NCBI GenBank assembly: GCA_035466435.1
Contig: DATIUW010000103.1
Location: forward strand, 11,594 to 75,593
Origin: Polyangiales bacterium
GTDB lineage: Bacteria > Myxococcota_A > Polyangia > Polyangiales > Houyiibacteriaceae
DNA length: 64,000 nt
Direction: 5' to 3'
A program made the translations under genes and the position numbers. Under the pieces are notes generated by a model. The model ran no database searches. It was not told the origin of the DNA and worked only from the letters and a program-made list of their open reading frames with translations. Positions 57,548-64,000 of the stretch are shown piece after piece. The stretch's first letter is position 1; every line of letters starts with the position of its first letter.

Positions 57548-58710
57548 GGCGACGGTTGATCCGCAGCCACGGGGACGGGCGTCACGCGCAACACCTTGCC
57601 ACCACCGCTGCCTCCGTCCGTGGTGATGTAGAGAAGTCCGTCCGGACCCTGGCGCGGCGATCGAAGGCGTCCCTCGTCATCGATCACCCGTCGTTCGCCA
57701 GTCACCCTTCCTTCAGCATCCATGAGATAGATGTGGAGGTGTTGGGCTTTCAGGGTTGCGACCGCCAAGACGCCGTCCCAATCGCCCCATGCGTCTCCCT
57801 CGATGAAAGTCGCGCCAGACAAGGCGAGGGTGGGTGCACCGCTCGACCAGACCGCCTCGATGGCGTCGGGAAACTTGTCGAGATCGGTCATCGGTACGGA
57901 CTCGTTGTACCCGGGCACCGGATCCCATCCGAAATTGCCGGGTACGAGTCGATTGATCTCATCATCGACGTCCGGGCCGTGCTCCGCGGACATCCCGAGC
58001 CCATCGGAGCGAAATGCCATCCCTTGGATGTTGCGATGCCCTTTCGAGTACCAGCGATACTCTCCTGGGTTGCCGGGGGCGGCATTGCCGTCACGGTCGA
58101 TGCGTAGGACCTTGCCGCCCAGTGAATCGTCGTCTTGAGGTGTGGTTCCAATCGCGGCATCGCCCGTGCCCACCCACAGAAAGCCATCCGGGCCAAAGCG
58201 TGGGCGGCACCCGCTGTGCCTCCCGGTGCTGTACGGCATGCCGGTGACGATGTCTTCGCGGTCCAGCACTGCTCCGCCATCGGGGGTGCGCATCGTGAGC
58301 CTGATGACGCGCACGTCGGTTTCGGCCCCTGCGCTCGAGGTCGTACACAGGTAGATGTAGCCATTGTCGCTGAAGCTCGGGTCGACCTCGAGGCCCATGA
58401 GCCCGCCTTCACCGCGCGCCACCACGTCGGTTATTGGACTGACGACCGGCTCGGCCTCCGGGCCGTTGGCGTATACGCTGAGCCGCCCCGGCCGTTCGGT
58501 CACCAACACCGTGCCGTTGGGAAGCCACGCGATGTCCCAGGGCTTGTCGAAACCGGTCAAGTAGTCGTCCACCTGAAGGCGGATGTCGGTCGGCCCTCCG
58601 CCCGCGTCGCAGCCGCTCGGTCCACAGCCGTCGTCGCCACAGCTGGCGCTCGTGACGCAACAGGTGATCAGCAAAGCAAAGGTGTTTCTGTTTCTCCAGA
58701 TATTTCCCAC
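57544..58710 (-). CDS. PQQ-dependent sugar (glucose/sorbosone) dehydrogenase-like beta-propeller
   Basis: PWDIAWLPNGTVLVTERPGRL, GGLMGLEVDP, GCRPRFGPDG, GHRNIQGMAF and GGKVLRV. ATGA overlap with the downstream propeller gene. Confidence 0.85.
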   Translation of the reverse strand: MGNIWRNRNTFALLITCCVTSASCGDDGCGPSGCDAGGGPTDIRLQVDDYLTGFDKPWDIAWLPNGTVLVTERPGRLSVYANGPEAEPVVSPITDVVARGEGGLMGLEVDPSFSDNGYIYLCTTSSAGAETDVRVIRLTMRTPDGGAVLDREDIVTGMPYSTGRHSGCRPRFGPDGFLWVGTGDAAIGTTPQDDDSLGGKVLRIDRDGNAAPGNPGEYRWYSKGHRNIQGMAFRSDGLGMSAEHGPDVDDEINRLVPGNFGWDPVPGYNESVPMTDLDKFPDAIEAVWSSGAPTLALSGATFIEGDAWGDWDGVLAVATLKAQHLHIYLMDAEGRVTGERRVIDDEGRLRSPRQGPDGLLYITTDGGSGGGKVLRVTPVPVAADQPSP

Positions 58711-58820
58711 TGTTGCTCCAGTCGTACCCTACCGATTGTGTTCGATGAGGACATGGCAATTTAGCATCGCTGGCCGTCCCGAATAGGTGTTATACGTTGG
58801 ACCGCTTTTCGGGAGGAAAG

Positions 58821-59303
58821 ATGGCTGGATCCACTAACGGTGTACCGCTTAGCCAACGAAAATGGGACATTTTCTTCGTCATCAGCTTTTCGTTTTTTGC
58901 GTTTTCGTCCTTCTTCTCAGATTCGTGGCATGCGCTCGGTCTGCTCGAGGGGGATGCCTTTTGGTCTCGCGCCAACCGTTGGTACGGAGAGATCGCACAA
59001 GACCACTTCTTCATGGCCGACCACAAGTACGTGCGCGTCAACACCGGGATCTCCGGTCTCGTCTATGGACCGTTCTATCTCTTGCTAGTCTACGCGTTCA
59101 TCAAGGGGAAGAACTGGATTCGGCCCATGGCGCTCGTTTACGTAGGCGCCATGTTGCACGGCTGCACCGAGTTCCTCATCTACGAGTACTGGATCGGCCC
59201 GCCCCCAGGCAACCCTCTCGTCTTCTGGGCATTCAACGGACCATACTGGGTCATCCCTTTCCTACTCGGCGTTCGCATGTGGAAACCCAACCCCTTCTCT
59301 TGA
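58821..59303 (+). CDS. Four-TM membrane protein, EXPERA (TMEM97 / EBP)-like
   Basis: Start reset to the ATG preceded by GGGAGGAAAG. Aromatic-rich TM helices. YGPFYLLLVYAFIKGKNWIRP...GCTEFLIYEYW resembles DUF2781/EXPERA as I remember it. Unverified. Confidence 0.45.
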   Translation: MAGSTNGVPLSQRKWDIFFVISFSFFAFSSFFSDSWHALGLLEGDAFWSRANRWYGEIAQDHFFMADHKYVRVNTGISGLVYGPFYLLLVYAFIKGKNWIRPMALVYVGAMLHGCTEFLIYEYWIGPPPGNPLVFWAFNGPYWVIPFLLGVRMWKPNPFS

Positions 59304-59340
59304 AGAGGCACGCACCGAAGATCCGGAGGGCTTTCGGTAG

Positions 59341-60741
59341 CTAAGGTGTCGCCGAGAAAAAGACGCCTCTGAGGTCTTCTGTCCGTGATAGGGGCCTGTC
59401 GTTCACGTCGAAGGACGTGACCCGGAATTGGTAGAACATGCCCGACTGCAGGGCGGGTCCTTCGTAGGGGACCTCGGGGTTGCTGCCGCTCGATCCCGGA
59501 ACGTCGGCATCACTCCAGATCGTCTCGCCGAAGGTGTCCAACACCTCGATGAGGTACCGAGATTCACCGCTGTCATCGACCCATGAAAAGACAGGGGTCC
59601 CAGAGACTTCTTCCGGCTCCTCCGAACCGGGTGAGATGACGTCGAGCGCTCCGGTGATCTTGAAGCTCGGCGCTTCGACCGTTTGGCCGGCGGCGACGTC
59701 CACGCGAACGATCTCCGTGTTCCCCTGTCCGAAATCCGGATCGCGCACGAGGCGATCGTTTTCGAAGGCCCCGAGAACCTTGTAGCTCCCGGCGGGCACC
59801 CCTTCGATGATCCAACTGCCGCTGTCGATGAACGCCGTTCCTTCGGGGGCGCGAAGCCCAGGTGGAGTCTCGCCGCGGGCAAGCGCCTCGTCGAACGTAG
59901 ACTCGACGACGAGGATGTATGAAGTCCCGTCTCCATCGCCCGGATTCACGATCTGGACACTACCCGTGACGCTTCCGGTTGCATCACCAGACAACGAAAG
60001 ATCGACACGTGCCTCTTCGCCGCCGCTCACTGCGACGGTCTCTGCGGCGTAGCTCGAGCCTTTCGCATACCCCAGCACCGAAAAGTCTCCATCCGGGACG
60101 TTGAAGATCCGGTAGGTGCCATTCCTGTCGGCGATCGCGGTGAAACCCTGCGGGGTGGAGCCCGAGGTCTCGGCCACGACCAGAACGCCCGTGCTGGAGT
60201 CCGGGATCTCGACGGTTCCGAAGATCTCGTTGCTTCCCGCACCGCTTGGAAGCGTGATCAACCCCACGTCGGTCGCAGACGTCTCGACTACCAGTAAGCC
60301 GCTAGACTCGACGGGGTTGGAAAGGTCGATCGGGAGCGCCTGGCGGACACCCGAGGGAAACGTCTGATAGCCGCTTGCGTCTGCGCGGAGCGTGACATCC
60401 TCTCCGGCGGGATTCCCCTCCGAGTCACGCTGCTGAGCTACCCGAACCTCGTAGTTGCCGGCAAGGTCGGTCACGGCAACGGTGCTCACCGGCGCGCGAT
60501 TGGCATCCAAGGCCACGACCGTGGCGTCTTCGATGCCACCACCATCGACGAGGTCGAATACGCTCCCCCGGACCACGACGGGCATGAAGCAACCGGGCTC
60601 CCCGTCGACGATCTCTTCACAAACGAACCCATCTTCGCAACCGGTCTGCGCAATCGGATCGCAAGCGTCTCCACCACTCGAGCAGCCCATCATCAACAAC
60701 GACGAAACGGCCGCCATGCTCGTCCAACGAATCATCATCAT
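59341..60741 (-). CDS. Secreted lipoprotein with carboxypeptidase-regulatory-like beta-sandwich repeats
   Basis: Lipobox LMMGCSSG. VRGSVFDLVDGGGIEDATVVALD...TDLAGNYEVRV and FGTVEIPD...DRNGTYRIFNVPDG are CarboxypepD_reg-like. Confidence 0.6.
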   Translation of the reverse strand: MMMIRWTSMAAVSSLLMMGCSSGGDACDPIAQTGCEDGFVCEEIVDGEPGCFMPVVVRGSVFDLVDGGGIEDATVVALDANRAPVSTVAVTDLAGNYEVRVAQQRDSEGNPAGEDVTLRADASGYQTFPSGVRQALPIDLSNPVESSGLLVVETSATDVGLITLPSGAGSNEIFGTVEIPDSSTGVLVVAETSGSTPQGFTAIADRNGTYRIFNVPDGDFSVLGYAKGSSYAAETVAVSGGEEARVDLSLSGDATGSVTGSVQIVNPGDGDGTSYILVVESTFDEALARGETPPGLRAPEGTAFIDSGSWIIEGVPAGSYKVLGAFENDRLVRDPDFGQGNTEIVRVDVAAGQTVEAPSFKITGALDVISPGSEEPEEVSGTPVFSWVDDSGESRYLIEVLDTFGETIWSDADVPGSSGSNPEVPYEGPALQSGMFYQFRVTSFDVNDRPLSRTEDLRGVFFSATP

Positions 60742-60875
60742 GACTCCCCCATACCGGTCGCGTCCCCACGCGCCCGATCCCTACAGCCTATCGCGTGCAA
60801 GGTATGCGCGAAAAGCACACAAGAGCGCACAGCCATCGAGCCTTGGAGCCCGCTGTTTTCCACCGAGCGCGGAAA

Positions 60876-61787
60876 TCAAAAACCGTTGAGCGTATCGACG
60901 ACCGTGAAGAGGTCACCCACGTCGTAGAAATCTACGGCAACGAAATTGGGAAGCGCGTTGCCTTCCAGCTCACACTGCTTGGCGCGGTCGATGAATAGCG
61001 GATTGAAGTTGACCATTTCGGCGAGCTCGAGGCTTCCGCCGAACGGAGACGTGAGGAAATGATTGAGGAGGAATAGCGGATTACCCGCGTTGCCCCGATT
61101 CGGATCGCACACGAAATCCTCTGGCGCCGGGAATGAGAACGGAGTCTCCCAGGCGTGATCCCAGATGTTCATCAGCCACGGAAATTCGTCTTCCTGGGGT
61201 AGCTTTTCCTGAAAAACCACCAGTCGGGTGTCGGCCTCGACGAGATTCGCCAGCGTCGGCCACGGAGTGCCGAGCGGGTGGGCGTAAACGAAATCGATTA
61301 GGCCGCTCTCCTCGAAGGCCGCCGCTGTCTGTGCATGGGTGATGTAGTTCTCGAAGATGATCGACAGGACTTCTTCGGGATTGCTCGCAAGAAAGGCCCT
61401 GATCTCGTCGAGCCCTTCGACCAGTGGCTGGCTTCCGAGGGAGCAATAGACGTGACACAGCAAGAGCACGCCGTCCTCTTCGTAGGTGTCGAGCATCATG
61501 CCGCGAACACCATCGTCGAGCTGACGCGTGATGCCGAAGCGCTGGTTGGGCAAGAGCCACCCTGCCTCGGCGTTCGACATCGCGTTGTGAGTCATCGGAA
61601 AGCTCACCTCGTCGAAGCGCCGGCTGCACAGCTCTGCGTGCCCGTTACAAACCGCATCCGGCTCGCCTCCGTCGGGCTCGAGGCCGCCATCGACACCCGC
61701 ATCGGCTCCGCCCCCGTTGCCGTCGCTGCACGAAGCACACAAAAGCACTCCGAACACCGCCAGCTGCATTGCTCGCCTACCGCTCAT
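60876..61787 (-). CDS. PLC-like phosphodiesterase (PI-PLC X-domain-like) lipoprotein
   Basis: Lipobox LLCASCS. FPMTHNAMSN...RQLDDGVRGMMLDTY is typical of PI-PLC X-domain-containing proteins. Confidence 0.7.
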   Translation of the reverse strand: MSGRRAMQLAVFGVLLCASCSDGNGGGADAGVDGGLEPDGGEPDAVCNGHAELCSRRFDEVSFPMTHNAMSNAEAGWLLPNQRFGITRQLDDGVRGMMLDTYEEDGVLLLCHVYCSLGSQPLVEGLDEIRAFLASNPEEVLSIIFENYITHAQTAAAFEESGLIDFVYAHPLGTPWPTLANLVEADTRLVVFQEKLPQEDEFPWLMNIWDHAWETPFSFPAPEDFVCDPNRGNAGNPLFLLNHFLTSPFGGSLELAEMVNFNPLFIDRAKQCELEGNALPNFVAVDFYDVGDLFTVVDTLNGF

Positions 61788-62317
61788 GTTTCCTGCTCTC
61801 CCGGTCCTTCGGGGGCCGCATTCCGGACCTCGACGATCTCGTACGTCACTTCGCCTCTCGGACGCTGGATGGTGATCTCATCCCCGACCTCCCGCGACAA
61901 GAGTGACCTTCCGACGGGGGAGTCCATGCTGATCCATCCTTTCTTCGCATCGATCTCGTCCGGACCGACGATTCGATGAACGTGGACGGCGCCATTTTCG
62001 TCTTCGAGCCTGACCCAGCTCCCGAAGTAGACCCGCCCGTCGTCTGGCGGCTTTGCGTCTACGATCGTCAGCACCTCGAGCCGTTGTCCCAGAAACCGAA
62101 GCCGTCTGTCGATCGCGGCGAGTCGCTGCTTACTGTACTGATACTCGGCATTCTCCGAGCGGTCCCCTTCGGCGGCTGCGACCTGGACGGCCTTGGCCAT
62201 CTTCGGGCGATCCTCGTTCCACAGCCGGTCCGCCTCTTCTTCGAAGCGTCGATAGCCTTCGGGCGTGATGTAGCCAGGCTTGCCAGAGGTGTCAGGTCGT
62301 GTGCGGCGCCTGCTCAT
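61784..62317 (-). CDS. greB: GreB-like transcript cleavage factor
   Basis: Start reset to MSRRRTRPD. YITPEGYRRFEEEADRLWNEDRP...GDRSENAEYQYSKQRLAAIDRRLRFL plus a C-terminal FKBP-like domain. ATGA overlap with the downstream PLC-like gene. Confidence 0.8.
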   Translation of the reverse strand: MSRRRTRPDTSGKPGYITPEGYRRFEEEADRLWNEDRPKMAKAVQVAAAEGDRSENAEYQYSKQRLAAIDRRLRFLGQRLEVLTIVDAKPPDDGRVYFGSWVRLEDENGAVHVHRIVGPDEIDAKKGWISMDSPVGRSLLSREVGDEITIQRPRGEVTYEIVEVRNAAPEGPGEQET

Positions 62318-62404
62318 CAGTTCCTCTTTACCACGAGCAGGCCAAGCGCACACCAGCTCGCTAGTTGCGCTCGCTCGAGAGACGTTGGACATTAGACGGC
62401 CGGC

Positions 62405-63514
62405 ATGAGCGCAATCATCCCCACTCGCCTCGTACCAAGCGTCGAGGCCGCGGACGCGAGTCCCAGGCAAGTGAGACGCGACTTCCAGAAGCTGATCGAG
62501 ACTGGCGCGAAGATTCGACCGGCGGGCGAGGCCAAAGACGATCCCGCCACGCTGCTCTCTTCGGGATACCTGCCCAGATACGAGCTGTCTCTGTTCGATA
62601 CGCGTTTCTATCTCACGAACGTTCGAAAGAACCCCGCCATTCGGTTTCTGGTCGCCTACGTCGTCCAGCAGCGGCGAACGGGTGGTCGGCTCGAAATCTT
62701 CCCACGCATCTTCTACAAAGACCTATCACTCGTATGGCGTGTGGCTTCCCACATGATCGCGGCCGATGGCGACTTTTGGATCGGGAAGGGAGACGTCAGA
62801 ACCGTGCGCCGCGGCGAGTTCGAGCACACCGAGTGTGTGGAATCGACCACCGACTTGCCCCTCGAGCTGCAAGACGCGCTCGACACGATCAACGAGGCCA
62901 CACGTGGAGCCCGAATCGACCACCGAGCGTTGTTTTTGGTGCTACGCAACGCGCCACGCACGCGGATCGCGCCCTACGACGATTTCTCCAAGCCGCGTAG
63001 AAAGGCGGCAGAGAATCGACGCAACCTGATCAATGGGGGTCGACGCATTGCTTGGTTCACCCGAAACGACGATCCCACTTCGCTCCGGATCGTCGACGGA
63101 TTCGAGCCTGACTTCGCGAAGGGAGTGTTCGAGGTGAGCGAGCTGAAGAGTGTGCTCTACCACGGAGACCTCCAGAGGTTTCGCATTCTTTCGCGGAACG
63201 GCCGAGTTCAGTACATGTTCGTGGCCGGTCCCAAGCACGCTTGGATCATCCCACCTCAGGCGCTGACTACGGAGCTTTCGACATACGGGGTTCGCACGGT
63301 CGACGTGGTTGCGGATGAAAACCTGTTCGTGCCGGGCTACGAGTATCACTATCTCGACGAGACGGCTGAGGGTCCCGTGCAGTTCAGTCAGATCCCCGAG
63401 GGTTTCGCTGGAGCCCAAAGCGAGCATCAAGACGACCGAGCAGACGCATCGGCATGGCTCGACGAGATTCCACTCATTCGCGAGTTCAGGCGAAAGGTCT
63501 TGGGTCGACGCTGA
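62405..63514 (+). CDS. Conserved-looking hypothetical protein (369 aa)
   Basis: Long ORF with coding-like composition. No motif I can name. Confidence 0.55.
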   Translation: MSAIIPTRLVPSVEAADASPRQVRRDFQKLIETGAKIRPAGEAKDDPATLLSSGYLPRYELSLFDTRFYLTNVRKNPAIRFLVAYVVQQRRTGGRLEIFPRIFYKDLSLVWRVASHMIAADGDFWIGKGDVRTVRRGEFEHTECVESTTDLPLELQDALDTINEATRGARIDHRALFLVLRNAPRTRIAPYDDFSKPRRKAAENRRNLINGGRRIAWFTRNDDPTSLRIVDGFEPDFAKGVFEVSELKSVLYHGDLQRFRILSRNGRVQYMFVAGPKHAWIIPPQALTTELSTYGVRTVDVVADENLFVPGYEYHYLDETAEGPVQFSQIPEGFAGAQSEHQDDRADASAWLDEIPLIREFRRKVLGRR

Positions 63515-63575
63515 CCCGGGCGAAGGCTCCAGCCACGGGCCCATGACGCCACGGCCGTGGCCTGCTAGCGTCGAC

Positions 63576-64000
63576 GATGGCCAAAAGTCAAACACGTAGA
63601 AAGCGCCGCGTCGTCGTGCGGCAGCTCCGAAGGTCTGATTTTCGTGATGTGGTGCGCGTTCACAGCGGCGCTTACCCGGAGCTCGGTGCCTGGACCAAGG
63701 AACAGTTTTCGAGTCAGCTCGACCTCTTTCCAGAAGGACAGATTTGCGTGGAGGTAGACGGGCGCGTCGTGGCTACGTCGAGCTCGCTCATCGTCAACCT
63801 CGAAGATCTACCGAAGAGCCACACGTACCACGACGTGTGTGAGAGCGGCATGATCCGCAGCCACGATCCGGATGGCGACACGCTCTACGGAATCGACATC
63901 GCGGTGGACCCGAAATTCCGAGGTCAGCGCTTTGCGCGCCGCATCTACGACGAGCGAAAAGAGCTCGCCCGGCGACTGAACCTGCGGGGCATCGTGTTTG
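63576..64000 (+). CDS. GNAT-family N-acetyltransferase, 3'-truncated by the window end
   Basis: I translated it by hand from the ATG at 63576: MAKSQTRRKRRVVVRQLRRSDF...GIDIAVDPKFRGQRFARRIYDERKELARRLNLRG, the acetyl-CoA-binding Q/RxxGxG/A-like block. It is absent from the ORF track because it has no stop in the window. Confidence 0.6.

Noticed and set aside
1-64000. A search for CRISPR arrays, tRNA or rRNA genes, integrases, transposases, phage genes, toxin-antitoxin pairs and known defence-system hallmarks.
   Set aside because: No regularly spaced direct repeats, cloverleaf-compatible intergenic sequences, recombinase motifs or nuclease/helicase/reverse-transcriptase signatures were seen in any frame. 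The intergenic gaps are mostly under 150 bp. Absence is judged by eye only.

Overview
The window is GC-rich (about two-thirds G+C by eye, not computed), densely coding bacterial chromosome with no rRNA, tRNA, CRISPR array, transposase or integrase that I could find. The gene content suggests a Myxococcota-like organism: many Gly/Ser-linker lipoproteins, a Ser/Thr kinase plus PP2C pair, a sigma-54 enhancer-binding protein and an AGPS-like gene. This attribution is inference only. Recognisable blocks: (1) an overlapping ATP-grasp and Zn-metallopeptidase pair; (2) GH31; (3) a cluster of a KstD-like FAD enzyme, a 3beta-HSD-like enzyme, a Tat subunit plus GMC oxidoreductase, and an epoxide-hydrolase-like protein; (4) a Cus/Czc-type heavy-metal RND operon with accessory proteins; (5) arsR-acr3 with an SDR gene overlapping acr3 by 4 nt; (6) a long minus-strand operon from a RimB-like protease through RimK, an M14-like deacylase, CorA and GFA to GDPD; (7) trkH-trkA; (8) a receiver-type bEBP with a divergent kinase/phosphatase pair; (9) a second M14-like plus ATP-grasp module beside a large ATP-grasp-like protein, a SET-domain protein and a GNAT; (10) an island of atoE, scoAB, BKACE, MerR and acyl-CoA dehydrogenases; (11) an AGPS-like FAD oxidase coupled to an SDR; (12) a PD40 propeller and a PQQ sugar dehydrogenase. 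The best-supported non-coding signal is at 36.6-36.9 kb. Two divergent near-consensus -24/-12 promoters flank two 17-bp GGTGCA-N5-TGCACC-type dyads and face two tiny orphan ORFs next to the bEBP. Gene starts were re-derived by hand from the ORF track. All homology calls rest on remembered family motifs, not database searches.
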